A DNA stretch of 63,484 nt, the filler included, from Phoronis australis (Eukaryota > Animalia > Phoronida): the NCBI GenBank assembly GCA_002633005.1. It is 4 parts of 4 records of this genome, joined end to end, with 100 filler letters (N's around TTAATTAATTAA, not from the genome) between each part and the next. Parts side by side here need not be neighbours in the genome. Positions count along the whole stretch, not along the records: positions 31,718 to 56,930 come from NMRA01000696.1; 3 more parts are not named here. One strand, 5' to 3'. Below are positions 38,705 through 52,146 of this stretch, piece by piece. The translations under genes were made by a program, and so were the position numbers. Under the pieces are notes generated by a model, which worked only from the letters and a program-made list of their open reading frames with translations, made no database searches and had not been told where the DNA came from. Position 1 is the stretch's first letter. Each line of letters opens with the position of its first letter.

Positions 38705-40942
38705 TTGCTCTCCAAAACAGTGTTAGGATTTGTTTTAAATATTCCACTTCTGTACAAAGGCCTATCAAAAATAGGATTTTTATGATTTGTTTTCAATAAA
38801 AGAGAAGTTAGATAAAACAAAAGAACAAAAGATAATTTAGTGTAACAGGCTTTTTGAGATCCATCTTGGAACATTTATATCAAACCAAATATGGTCATGT
38901 TATTGATACCATTGTTTTGATATCGATGTACTTTTCTTTTTGCCGAATTTTCCTAACAAGACATGGCCACATGAACCAATTAATGGCATAAGTACAGAAC
39001 TGCATTATACTTATTACTCAATTCCGATTTTATAAAATTTCACATGTCTAATGCTTAAACTATCAAGATTAAAAAGTTTTCTTTAATCATTTAGTTTGAT
39101 GGAAAGTTCTCTTGGATAGTCTGCAAGAGTCCATTGGGCTGCATAACCTGTTGTGTGAACTCATCTCTAGCATACACATGATATCGAGAAAACAAGTTCA
39201 GGTTTATAGCGCAGAACACTTGCTTCTATCTTGGTGAGCCTCTGAATTTTTATTGCCATCACTTCCTGCATCAGCTTTGACCTAGTGCCTGTCACATTTT
39301 GTTTAATGACCTGGTAAAAATTCGAGATTGTCAGGAAGTTGCCACACCACATCCGAGTACGCACTCAAAAGGCTACAGGAAGTAAGCCCACGAAAGTCGG
39401 AATCAGTCAACAAAAATCAGAAGGGCCCTATCGTATCCGACTATTTCAAGGGGTGACCCTGTGCGTGGAATATTGTTATTGAGAACATCAGGAAAAAAGG
39501 AAAAACAATATACGCCGTCAAGACGATCTGATGTGTGACAGCGGACATTTGCTGAGTAAGTCGCTTTTGCATTTCAGGCATCTTATTTATTTTAACGTAT
39601 TCGCCGTAATAACCGCCCAGGGCGCTTAGAAAAGTTCGTTTCAGGGGGCGTTTATTATTACCCAAGGCCGTTGAAACCCGGTCTCCGAAACGAGTGAAAT
39701 CGGAAGCTAAGATTCATCATATTTACGCTCTGTGACACATCTGTAATCTATGAAAGACTTTCTACAAAACCCTGGTGCATTGTTATCAAACTTTGCTGCT
39801 AAATTACGATCATTTTACACAAAATTGTGCTGAAATCCCAGGGCGAAAACTCCCCAACTGCCACCCTTGCAATCATCGATATGGCGACGTGAATGCTTGA
39901 ATAAAAATACAGTTTCGACTCAAGCAAACTATATGAAATCCTCCTTAAGTTTTCCAAGTAGCGTCCCTAAGATTTTTAAGTTCCCATGGAGTCGGTATCA
40001 CGGCAAGTTTAAGTACAAATCTGTGCTATTACATCGTGCCATCTACATGTATGATTGGCAACATGAGAAAAATGTCTGGACGAACACACATATTGTTGTC
40101 ACATGACGTTTGTTTTGAAGTTGTCTGCGTTTGTGAGTAAGCGAGCACGTGCGTGTCACTAGAATTCATTTGCCAGAGCAGATACTGTCTTTTGGCCAGA
40201 GCCATGCAATCTAACGAGCTAGATGTGCATTGTATCTAAAGAAATTTGCACAAACAGTAAGCTTAAACGAGAGCGTGTTTCATTCAGCACTTGCCAGTCT
40301 CATGTGCTAAAACCGTTCAACATTTGTCTCGGAAAGGCCATATTAGTCGCCATATGGCTGGATGCGTACGTGACAATCTGACAGTCATTTTTGGTGTAAG
40401 GGTGTGTAAGCATTCACTGTATGTGGTCATTTTATCGGATATTGGGCTTAAAAACACCAATTATGGTTAATCAAACAATTCATCGTAAAAATAACGCAAA
40501 GTTTTTTATAGTATTAGAAACTGTCAGAAATTTTTTTCAGGACTGTCGGATATTATTGATAAATTGAAGACGTTACTGTAGAATTTTATGACTGTAAGTA
40601 AGGCATTTTTCGCACGTACACGTTCATGGACTAGGTGCTTATATACAAAAACTAACAGTCCTCCTTCACTGACGGTAAGTTCGACTAACACTGTAATTTC
40701 ATCCTGTCCCAGAGTCTAACCGTGTTACCATAAAAATTGGAAAGTAAGAACATGGAAATCAAACTTTTTAACATTACCAAATGGTTTCTTATAAAATCTG
40801 ATAAAAGGAACTTCTAGTGATCATCCCCATCATGTGGAATGTCTTCACTGAGAATTCCTTCACAGTTGACTTAACTAAGACAGGCAGCTCACACGCTGAT
40901 CCGTTGTGCAGACTATCATCAGATAATTCAGAGAACATTTTT

Positions 40943-41977
40943 ACCTATGTATTGCGTCATTGGTACCTATGTATTGTATCATAGGTACCTATGTATTGTG
41001 TCATTGGTACCTATGTATTGTGTCATTGGTACCTATGTATTGTGTCACTGGTACCTATGTATTGTGTCATTGGTACCTATGTATTGTTTCATTGGTTCCT
41101 ATGTATTGCGTCATTGGTACCTATGTATTGTATCATAGGTACCTATGTATTGTGTCATTGGTACCTATGTATTGTGTCATTGGTACCTATGTATTGTGTC
41201 ACTGGTACCTATGTATTGTGTCATTGGTACCTATGTATTGTTTCATTGGTTCCTATGTATTGCGTCATTGGTACCTATGTATTGTATCATAGGTACCTAT
41301 GTATTGTGTCATTGGTACCTATGTATTGTGTCATTGGTACCTATGTATTGTGTCACTGGTACCTATGTATTGTGTCATTGGTACCTATGTATTGTTTCAT
41401 TGGTTCCTATGTATTGTGTCATTGGTACCTATGTATTGTTTCATTGGTTCCTATGTATTGTGTCAATGGTACCTATGTATTGCGTCATTGGTACCTATGT
41501 ATTGCGTCATAGGTACCTATGTATTGTGTCATTGGTACCTATGTATTGCGTCATTGGTACCTATGTATTGCGTCATTGGTACCTATGTATTGTGTCATTG
41601 GTACCTATGTATTGCGTCATTGGTACCTATGTATTGCGTCATAGGTACCTATGTATTGTGTCATAGGTACCTATGTATTGTGTCATTGGTACCTATGTAT
41701 TGCGTCATTGGTACCTATGTATTGCGTCATAGGTACCTATGTATTGTGTCATTGGTACCTATGTATTGCGTCATTGGTACCTATGTATTGCGTCATTGGT
41801 ACCTATGTATTGTGTCATTGGTACCTATGTATTGCGTCATTGGTACCTATGTATTGCGTCATAGGTACCTATGTATTGTGTCATTGGTACCTATGTATTG
41901 TGTCATTGGTACCTATGTATTGTTTCATTGGTTCCTATGTATTGTGTCATTGGTACTGATGTATTGTGTCATTGGTA
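40943..41977. repeat. 22-bp minisatellite (~47 copies) with 154-bp higher-order blocks
   Basis: Unit ACCTATGTATTGTGTCATTGGT. The variant order recurs at 154-bp spacing (ORF starts 40991, 41145, 41299). Confidence 0.97.
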
Positions 41978-42624
41978 GAAGGCTTTCAAGGTTCACAAGT
42001 TAAAAACAAGTTTTCATGGCAAATACCATTCTCTAAATCATGTTTGAAATAAACTGTTAATAATTATGCACACAGTCAATTATTAGTAAACACTAGCAAG
42101 CTGATCAAGTTTGGTTTGTAATTTAAACATCCTTGCTTTGTATCTCTGTTAATAAAATAAAAAACATTTACAAGAAGACGCCTTCATATTGTCTACAATC
42201 ATAATCCAAATGGTTTGTGGTGCAGTCCAGACACTAATAAAACTAGGATTTTGTCAAACAGGAGCTACCCAACCTGGCTCCATAACTTCCAAGTTCAGAA
42301 GAACAGAGATATCTCACATAAGGTGTTGTGAGTGGTTCCATGTTAGTAACTCCTTTCACCACACAAGTCATGTTCGGGTGTGATCTGAATGAAGCATGCT
42401 AGGCACATGAACAATAGACGGCACTGTTGATCAGACTGTCTTAACAACACTGTAACCAATGTTGCAGTCAATAAGTAACTGAAGAAAGATTACACCATTA
42501 TTGACAGTGACACACGAGGTCTAAATGCCTTTCATACACAAAACACAACCATCTGTTGCTTCCAAGAAGTAAACAATGTGTTCTCTGGAAAGACTAATCC
42601 ATAATCTGGCTCATTCGCGAAAAT

Positions 42625-42931
42625 CTGTACCTCACGGCAAGCTGCACCTCATGGCAAGCTGTACCTCATGGCAAGCTGTACCTCGTGGCAAGCTGTACCT
42701 CGTGGCAAGCTGCACCTCGTGGCAAGCTGTACCTCATGGCAAGCAGTAACTCATGGCAAGCTGTACTTAATGGCAAGCTGCACCTCATGGCAAGCTGCAC
42801 CTCATGGCAAGCTGCACCTCATGGCAAGCTGCACCTCATGGCAAGCTGCACCTCATGGCAAGCTGCACCTCATGGCAAGCTGCACCTCATGGCAAGCTGT
42901 ACCTCATGGCAAGCTGTACCTCATGGCAAGC
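42625..42931. repeat. 17-bp minisatellite (~18 copies)
   Basis: Unit CTCATGGCAAGCTG(C/T)AC. Confidence 0.97.
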
Positions 42932-44400
42932 TTTCAACCAGCTTTAGGTAAAAAAGTAGGAAAAAAGGACATATTTTCAAAAAAGTAGGAAAAAGTAGGA
43001 ACAGTGAAGTGAAAAGTACGAGAAAGTAGGCACAAGACAGGCCCATAGCCAGCATTGTGCGAGACTGGTTCAAATTTCTGGAACGGTGCTCCTTTGTAAT
43101 TTTGCAAAGGTCGACATTGTAGTTTTCAGTAAGGCCCTTGAAGCAGCTTCATTAGGGGAAAGGGGAATCCGTATACACAACAATGACTCTCAGCTCTACA
43201 TTCCTGAGATGAGACGGAAATGAGGATGCTGTGAACATTGCTCATAAAGAATGGGACTCAAATTCGGATAGTCATGTGGTCTCGCCAAACTTTCAATTCA
43301 TGCACCATGCTTAAATGATTGATTACATCTCATTACACACTCGGACTGAATTTCTTAGTCTGAGAATGACTTGACAAAGTTTTTTATGTGGTAGTATTTT
43401 TGCACGTTACATTCATCGCTGAAAATGGGAACAACCCACTATTCTTAAGGTTCACTACTCCGAAGGTTCAATACTCCGAATATATCTAAAATTTCGAGCT
43501 CAGGGTTAATTTTTATACTTTTGCATGCAAAGGTAAATGGCACCTCACTTATAATATGAACCTATACCAAAAACAACGTCCGGGAACTATTGATTTCATG
43601 CGCATACGAAATTACCCGCATTCCTACAAATATGGAAAAATGAGTACGTTCTTGCATTTTTAAAGGGCTACCAAACCCGGATTTGGTCTATTGACAGATA
43701 CAAAAAATGACTTTCCCATCCAGTTCTCTGAATAATGCTCTGTAACCATTGATAACCCTCAAAAGCTAATTGAAAATTTTGTAAATTCCTTTCCAAAGTT
43801 AGCTAAAACGACAAGTGTGACCTACGCTTTTTTGCCAATTACACAACTATAGGAAGACCATCTGCCAAGAACCAAAATGTCCAAACTGTGACATGGGCTG
43901 TGTGAAATTTTAATTAGATTCCTTTCTTAAAAAGGATACTAAACCTTTTTTTGATGACTTCAACCAATCCTCATTCTCTTACCTGCTGATGCATCATTGG
44001 CGTCAATCGTGAATGATAAAGGCAGGAATCAACTAAGAATTCATACCTGCTATCTCACAAATTGGGACATCAAGGTCATTGGTGGGTGGTCATTTCCCAC
44101 AGATGCCATGTAACTTGCTAAAACCATAGGTCATGCTTGCCCCATTGGCACACTTTGAATGGAGTTTAACAATTTTCTTTAAAACTTTTACATTACAGAG
44201 CATTACTTTGTTTCAGAGAACTGGATAGAAAAGTCATTTATGGTATCTGCTAATAGTCCAAAACCGTGTTTGATATGCTTTTAATTTGGAAGATTGACGG
44301 CAGTGATGCATTAGCAGGTGACAGAATGATTTTTGGTGGAAATCATCATAACAGGGTTTAATACTCTTTTAAAAGAATATGAAGTAAGAATATCGATGAA

Positions 44401-44540
44401 TTATCAGCCACGTTTCATTCATCCAAACTATGTCAAGGTCGCATCATTATCAGCCACGTTTCATTCATCCAAACCATGTCAAGGTCGCATCATTATCAGC
44501 CACGTTTCATTCATCCAAACCATGTCAAGGTCGCATCATT
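44401..44540. repeat. 46-bp tandem repeat x3
   Basis: TTATCAGCCACGTTTCATTCATCCAAACCATGTCAAGGTCGCATCA. Confidence 0.95.
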
Positions 44541-45709
44541 TCACAATGCAACTGAGCTAGTTTAGGGCAGCTGCACCTCAACCTCACCCAGCAGAACCGC
44601 GCACACAGCCGGTTGAAACTAAATGTAGTTAGGAGGTTACCCTGTCCCTGCCAGTCTCCACAAAGTCAGAGTCCCATTCACTTTTCTTAAATTGAAAACA
44701 GTCGTTGGTCGCCGCAGCCCTGACCCGTGCCCCAGATGCTGTCCCTGCTTGAGAATGAGTCGTTAGTTAGGTTCAAGAATCACGATTCACAGTGATTGGA
44801 ACTGAGCTCATTTGTAAACAATGTAAGCAATGTTTTAAGACTATTCAATTCTTGCACCCCTTTAAACGGTTACTAAATGATGGACACAAATACAATACTT
44901 TATTCATGTCACTTCCAACTCATTAGCAGACAATCAGAGTAATGAACTGTAGGAGTTTTGGTTTTGGAATTGTGGACATTCGAAATAGTGAACTTTTGAA
45001 GGTAGCGAACCATCTGAGTAGCAAAACTTTGAAGCAGTGGACTCTCAAGGTATTGAACCTTCAGAATAGCAACAAGTAACTTTGGAAATCTTTTCCATCA
45101 AATTTGTTGCTCGTATGACAGTCTGCGGGGCTGTGTACCTTTGATACTGATTTACAAGAGAATACTTTCTTCGTTGACTAAAGTTTTTATTAGGTCTAGA
45201 CCTACTGTTCCCTAATACTGTGAACATGCTCACCGGGATTTTCTCAGTGCAAGAACACATGGAAGTTAAATATCTGGTTTTTGTTTGAGCAACAACGGAG
45301 GACAGCCTACAGTGAACTTATTGTCGGCGTGTACTGGATTTAAAAGAATGGAAACGCACGCATGTGTTCATGCATATGCCTGCCAATCCACCAATCAAAA
45401 ATCAAAATGGACACTGGATGAACAACAATCATTTGACGATCACCTTCAATTCAAAATTTGAAAATGCCGACACCTTACCATACTCAACTATACTAGCAAG
45501 TATACCATACTAGCAGATAACAAACATATTTTCTGCTGTTTTATTTCTTGGTTGATTTTAAGGCATTCACAACACAATACTTTTGGTATCTCTTTCACTG
45601 CTTTATAGACATTTACTTCTAGACTCCCTTGTTACCCTATGTTGTATTGTTGGCTAAATGGCTGAACATTACGCAGTTAAATTACGTGCATATGGTAATT
45701 CTTATCAGA

Positions 45710-45870
45710 GGTGTAAAGTAATTATTTGCGGCGTAAAGTAATTATTAACGGCGTAACTAATTATTTGCAGCATAAATTATTTACGGCGTAAAGCAATTAT
45801 TTGCACTATAAAATAATTGTTTATGACGTAAGGTAATTATCATATTATGGTGTAAAGTAATTATCTGCAA
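45710..45870. repeat. Degenerate ~20-bp tandem repeat
   Basis: GGCGTAAAGTAATTATTT-like units. Confidence 0.75.
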
Positions 45871-46849
45871 ATTCAAAATTACCACCAACTTAGTTAAAGT
45901 TAGTAGTACCAGTAGCTGCAACAATTTTGTTGTTGTCCTCCATTTATATCATATCTTTAACGGATAGGCTGGGGCTGGACCTTTTCTGCGGGGGTTTGAT
46001 TTTGATTGAACCCCCCAAACCCCCCTGACTACAGGCCTGCAAGAGCCAGCATTCATGAGTAGTTTAATACATAAATCATTAATTGGTCATTAATTAATAA
46101 GAGTCTTAATTAATGACAAGGATTTTTTTTATGTCTTAAATTGTATTTTTATTCATTTCAAATAATTTAATATCTATAGCAAAAATCACAATTGTCGCAT
46201 TTCCTCTTTTACGCTAGTTCAATTTTGGGGGGTTTTGTTATCCCTTAGGATCCAAACACCACCATCTTATCTGCAAACTCCAGGAAAAATGTCGTCTTAA
46301 GTTGTGGATATTGCGTCCAGAATTACTAAACTATCTTTTGGAAAAAGAATTTTTGTTGCACTTAAACGTTGAAATTAATCTTTATAATTGGTCATTAACT
46401 ATGTGGGCTTCTTAATTAATAACCCCAGGCATTTTTACGTCTCAAGTTGCATCATTTTAATCGAGTGAAACAAACTTGAAATGGATGTTGCACTCAAAAT
46501 TCTATTTAAATGGATTTTTGGGTCCAGGGACCAAAGCCCAAGATTGGGCAACTTAAGACGCCCCTTTCCTTCAATGGTTGGTGATTTACAGTAGAATTAC
46601 AATCTTTTGGTTAGCATAGCTTGTGCTGGAGGAAGTCTTCAGTGTGTTCTTCCTGTTAATCTAAAACGAATACTCACTACTCCAAAAACATGACTTAGAC
46701 AGAAAATTTAGAGCAATAAGAAAAATAAAAAGTAGTAAAAAGTAGGAAATATGAGTAACTTCAGAAAAGAAAAAAGTAGGATAAGTAGGAACAGGCCAAA
46801 AAAAGTAGGAGAAGTAGGAATGCTTGAAAGCCTGTTGCTGTTTAATTAC

Positions 46850-47083
46850 CTGAGTTTGACATGAGTTGCGCTGGCATACTAGGTGGTAGTGGTTCCAACG
46901 GGTACTTGGCTGACCTACTGGGGCCATAGTTGGCTGTCATGTGGAAGATGGAGTCAGCAACATCCTGTGGATTCTGGGGTACAAAGGACGACCTCATGTG
47001 GTGATGCACAGGCACTGAACTGGACGTGGGAGGATATGATGGACTTGCGTCATGGTAACCAGGTGAGAAGGAGCTGCCATAAC
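46850..47083 (-). CDS. RAI1/TCF20-like gene, upstream coding exon (234 nt)
   Basis: TTTGTTCAG acceptor and G|GTAATT donor. Open frame (G)YGSSFSPGYHDASPSYPPTSSSVPVHHHMRSSFVPQNPQDVADSIFHMTANYGPSRSAKYPLEPLPPSMPAQLMSNS. Its phase-1 end joins the phase-1 start of the large exon, and the composition matches. Confidence 0.8.
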
Positions 47084-48145
47084 CTGAACAAACGGCCTAC
47101 AGTTGCAATACTCAATCAAACTGGCAAAAAACTGCAATCTGCGAAAAAAATGACTTTTGATATAGACCAATTAGCAATGTGAAATTGGTTTCAACTTGCT
47201 CACTACTCAGCAGAGAAGAGATTTTTGTTTTTGCATAGAACTGGCTGTTCAATATTGCTAGAGATTATGTTACGAAAAATAATTGACAAGCAGAGACATC
47301 TCAACTTCTAGACGTTGGTCTCAATCAATAACAAATTGTCAGTCCTTTATAAGTCCAAATATCACACCTATTTTGACAAAGGAACAATTCAAGACCAATT
47401 ACACAACAGTAAGATGTCTGAATGAAAAGTTCGTTCTTGCGACGCAAGGTGGGTTTATAGCCTCCTTAAAACACTGTAAAAGTCAATGACTGCTCTAAGT
47501 TCAATTTCCCAATAGTTGAATGTTCAAGCAAATATTACAATGGTTACTCTTAGTGACTTTGCATGCAGATGTAAAGAAGATGAGAGACAAAAAGGAGCCA
47601 AGATTGGTATTTACATATCATAAATTTTCATACTCTTAATGTTGGAAAAACTTAAGAGACAGAACATAATGGAAAATCTTGCTATTTTGGTCTCAGACCT
47701 AATGCCAGATTTACATTTTGGAGAAATGAGTCACTTTTGTCAAGGTGCTCTCACTTCTTAAAATTTGGACCATGTATTGTCTACATGCACTTGAAGTCAA
47801 GAACCATGATAATTAAGAATGTAAACACCATTGTTTTCATAATGTTTACAATAAATTTACAAAATGTTGCCGGTATAGCCAAAGAAAATGACTCAGTGTC
47901 CTACATACATGTATTTGAATGTTAACATTCAGTGAATTACTCGGGTACTTCATTCAAATACATGCAAGCTGGTCACTAAACACCGGGGATGCAGAATCTT
48001 TTTCACATCAGCTTACATCGAGGGAGCCCCTGGGGGAGAGACAACAATAGTAGCTTCAATTTCAGTTTTGTAATGTATTTTGAAACGATGTCTTATCATA
48101 TTAAATGGAACTTAAAAACATTTAGGTGAATATATCAGTAAGTTG

Positions 48146-49375
48146 AACAAGAGCAACGCAGAGCATTGAAATGCACCCACGAATGCACCGCAAACAGTAT
48201 GCATCTAGGGGTGTTTATATGTATCATAAAAATGGCCACTAGATGGCGCAAAATACGTAAAATCCATCCGAAAACGGGAACATGCCATCATTTTTAATTG
48301 AAAGCTATTTATTGAATTCCATAAAAATCCGTAAAGAAACTTTAAAGAAACAAAGGAAAACGGGAAAAAATGAAATTGCCATTAGGGGCACAGCATTTGT
48401 CAAATACGTCTGAAAGCCGTCGTCGACAATTTCATATGAATACCTTTTCTAAATTTAATTAAACATCCTGCAGAGTGTTCAGGAGATACAGCTACGGGCA
48501 CAAAAAACAAAACTGCCACTAGCAGGCACCACAGTAGTCGAAGTCGTTGGAAAATCGTCAGCCCTCCTCTTCACACGCCAATTTCCACAATCATCCTTAG
48601 ATTGGTTTGGTTGACAGAGGGGCAGATGCCGAAAAACAGACTCGAAAACAGTAAAAATGGCCACTAGGTGGTGCAAAATACCTCGAAGTCAACTGAAAAA
48701 CAGAGGATAGCGTCACCTCACTAATAGATGCCTATCTGCTAAATTTTATTAAAATCCATTGAGAACCTTTGAAGATACCGAGGTAAACGTAAAAAACAAA
48801 AAATTGCCAATAGGGGACACACCGATGGTCCGGTCTGTTCGAAAGTCGTAGTACTCTGCTTTCAACTTCATATAAATACACCAGTAAAATTCAATAAAGA
48901 TCCCGTAGAGCATTAAGGAGATACAGCCATGGGTGCAAAAACAAAAACAAAACCGCCACTAGGAGGCGCCACATTAGTCAAAGTCGTTGGAAAATCATCA
49001 TCAGCCACCCTCTTCACAGTAAGAACGTATATGCTAATTTTCAAATCATATCTAGAGCAGTTCGATTGATAGAAGGGTGGACGCCTTAGAGTGGTTTGGT
49101 TGACGCCAAGCAGACACGAAAACAGTAAAGATGGTCACTAGGTGGCGCAAAAACACCTTGAATCCATCTGAAAACAGGAGGATAGTGTCATCCCACTAAT
49201 ATATGCACAACTGCCAAATTTTATGAAAATCCATTGAGGACTTCATTGAGGTAAGTGTAAAAGACTAAAATTGCCATTAGGGGGCACACCTGTAGTCGGA
49301 GAGGTCCGAAATTTGTTGCCATCCGTCGTCAGCTTCATAGGAACACGTCTCATCAAGATCCAGCTGCAGACGCCG
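48146..49375. mobile_element. Diverged Helentron/HINE-like copy
   Basis: Starts AACAAGAGCAACGCAGAGCATTGAAATGCACCCAC and carries the same CCACTAG-containing subunits as 36139-38127. Confidence 0.8.
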
Positions 49376-50154
49376 GACCAGGCCTTCATGCAGCGTACGT
49401 CCTGGGCGTCCAAATGGACGCCCTAGCACTAATGTAGACGCCCTGGCAAGGACGCCCAATGTATCATTTGGACGCCCTGTCAATCAGAATTTCTCCAGTT
49501 TGGACAAACACATTGAAAGATTACTAAGACTCCCAATTAATCAAAGCCGGAAGTTGGCCCTTTCAACTGGGAAAGAAATATACAAAGTATTTAAAATGTT
49601 GCAATATTCATACTATCTTCAAACTATTTGGTAGACCTGTCAATCATTAGCACGTGGTTGGTTGCCAGAGTGTCTGCTTTCAATAGACTCACATGCCACT
49701 GCCATTCTGTACTTTATATAGGGACATGGACCTTGCTTAACACCAAACAGGTGTTTCAGAGCTGTAATTTCATGTACTTCATCTTTTTTTTTAAAATACC
49801 AAAAGCAAAATAAATGTCATTATTTTAATAATATGATGTGCCGCAAGAATATCCCCATTTAAAATGTTTGAGTTTTCGCCTGTTTCATGCTTTTCTATGT
49901 GCGTCTAAAATGGAGCAGCAGTGACACCTGTTGTCAAAATAAAGACCACACATCATCTGTGCATTTTTCTTTTGTTGGTAACTGCAGCTTTGATGACTCA
50001 TTGTACAGAATATAAAGCTAGTGAAGTTGATATAATAAATTTTATAACAGAATTTGACTTGAGATGACCAAAAACAGTGCACTCATCATTCAACCAATAT
50101 CTGTAATATCTGTAATACCCGTTTGGTAAGCTATTTGGCTGTTTTCGTAAATTT

Positions 50155-50660
50155 NNNNNNNNNNNNNNNNNNNNNNNNNNNNNNNNNNNNNNNNNNNNNN
50201 NNNNNNNNNNNNNNNNNNNNNNNNNNNNNNNNNNNNNNNNNNNNNNNNNNNNNNNNNNNNNNNNNNNNNNNNNNNNNNNNNNNNNNNNNNNNNNNNNNNN
50301 NNNNNNNNNNNNNNNNNNNNNNNNNNNNNNNNNNNNNNNNNNNNNNNNNNNNNNNNNNNNNNNNNNNNNNNNNNNNNNNNNNNNNNNNNNNNNNNNNNNN
50401 NNNNNNNNNNNNNNNNNNNNNNNNNNNNNNNNNNNNNNNNNNNNNNNNNNNNNNNNNNNNNNNNNNNNNNNNNNNNNNNNNNNNNNNNNNNNNNNNNNNN
50501 NNNNNNNNNNNNNNNNNNNNNNNNNNNNNNNNNNNNNNNNNNNNNNNNNNNNNNNNNNNNNNNNNNNNNNNNNNNNNNNNNNNNNNNNNNNNNNNNNNNN
50601 NNNNNNNNNNNNNNNNNNNNNNNNNNNNNNNNNNNNNNNNNNNNNNNNNNNNNNNNNNNN
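50155..50660. other. Assembly gap (N run)
   Basis: N run. Confidence 1.
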
Positions 50661-51149
50661 TATTGAGGAGCAAACTCGCCATTACCCGAGTTAGTTTGAA
50701 TCGTTAACGACTTTGATAACAGTCAGTAGCAGGCCAGATCTAACAAAATCCCGGATACTTTTTCAACGGGAATTTTCTCCCTTTTCACATCGCAAATTTA
50801 GCTACTCGAATGCACAAGTCAGTTAGAGAGCACTGATTCAACTTTCACGTCGGCAACTTGCCTTGCGCTCTAGAGTCTTTCAATGGCGGTCGTGAAGAAC
50901 AGTAAGGCCGTACCTGCATGAATGAAGTCAATTTTGAGATCCGAAATTTGTGAGTATTTAACGCTGCAGGTAAGAGCATAATCTAAACATTTTCTCGACG
51001 ATCTAAAAAAATTATTTTGGCGCGTAAAAATGGCGGGAAAATTTTGCGACCTGGCATTTACGAATGCGAGCTGGATTTTGAAAATGCGACCTGGGATTTT
51101 GGCTAGGTCGCAAAATGCGACCTGGCGATTTTAATAGCGTCGAGCCCTG
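50661..51149 (-). mobile_element. End of a CAGGGCTCGAC-family element
   Basis: Highly similar reverse complement of 31131-31617, ending GTCGAGCCCTG. Confidence 0.85.
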
Positions 51150-51404
51150 CCTTACCAAAGCAAAATCTGTGCAACACGATGTGAATGATATCATTGAGTA
51201 CAGTCTTTCGATGTCAAACCTAATAATGCAAATACCATTGAAAAAATCCAACAAAAAGGTTTGAAACCATAGGAGTTTACAAGTCAAGAAAGACTGTTGG
51301 GGTGAACACAATGGTGCCTCTTTGTGTAGACACTGCTGAGCAGACTGCACCTGCTACTGCCTAGAATTTCTGTCACATATATCACATATACATTGGAACA
51401 GATA

Positions 51405-51822
51405 ATCCATGACAAGTCACATATATATTTTGGAACTGACAGTCTATGACAAGTCATATACATTTTGGAACTGACAGTCCATGACAAGTCATACATGTTT
51501 TGGAACTGACAGTCCATGACAAGTCATACATGTTTTGGAACTGACAGTCCTTGACAAGTCATATATATTTTGGGTCTGACAGTCCATGACAAGTCATATA
51601 TATTTTGGAACTGACAGTCCATGACAAGTCATATATATTTTGGAACTGAAAGTCCATGACAAGTCATATATATTTTGGAACTGACAGTCCATGACAAGTC
51701 ATATATATTTTGGAACTGGCAGTCTAAGACAAGTCATATATATTTTGGAACTGATAGTCTATGACAAGTAACATATATTTTTTTTGGAACAGACAGTTTA
51801 TGACGTCATATATATCTTGGAA
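51405..51822. repeat. ~34-36 bp minisatellite (~12 copies)
   Basis: Unit TCCATGACAAGTCATATATATTTTGGAACTGACAG. Confidence 0.95.
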
Positions 51823-51929
51823 CTCTGCTCCGGATCACCAATGGAATACACCAGCATCACTTTTATTGTCTTAGAACATGTTCACAGTCCATATTACCCC
51901 AGCATTATAATAACGAACACACAGCTTAC

Positions 51930-52018
51930 CATTATGGATGGGTGTTGACCATATCCATTGCCCATTACATGGGAGTTACCTGGGTACATGTTTCCTGTGT
52001 TGTACTGGTTCATGCTAC
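51930..52018 (-). CDS. Probable further upstream exon of the RAI1/TCF20-like gene
   Basis: TTTTTCATTTGCAG acceptor and ATG|GTAAGC donor; reads SMNQYNTGNMYPGNSHVMGNGYGQHPSIM, similar in composition to the other exons. It ends in phase 0 while the next exon starts in phase 1, so an intervening exon or the internal CCAG|GTAACT donor is needed. Confidence 0.55.
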
Positions 52019-52046
52019 CTGCAAATGAAAAACAGAAACATAAATG

Positions 52047-52146
52047 ACACAATGACTAGAGCAACATTATGAACGAGTCACAGAATGACTAGAGCAACAT
52101 TATGAACGAGTCACAGAATGACTAGAGCAACATTATGAACGAGTCA
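52047..52146. repeat. 33-bp tandem repeat x3
   Basis: CACAGAATGACTAGAGCAACATTATGAACGAGT. Confidence 0.93.

Noticed and set aside
40947-42003. Cys/Tyr-rich repetitive ORFs (also 42668-42988)
   Set aside because: Translations of stop-free minisatellites, open in several frames and antisense within an intron.
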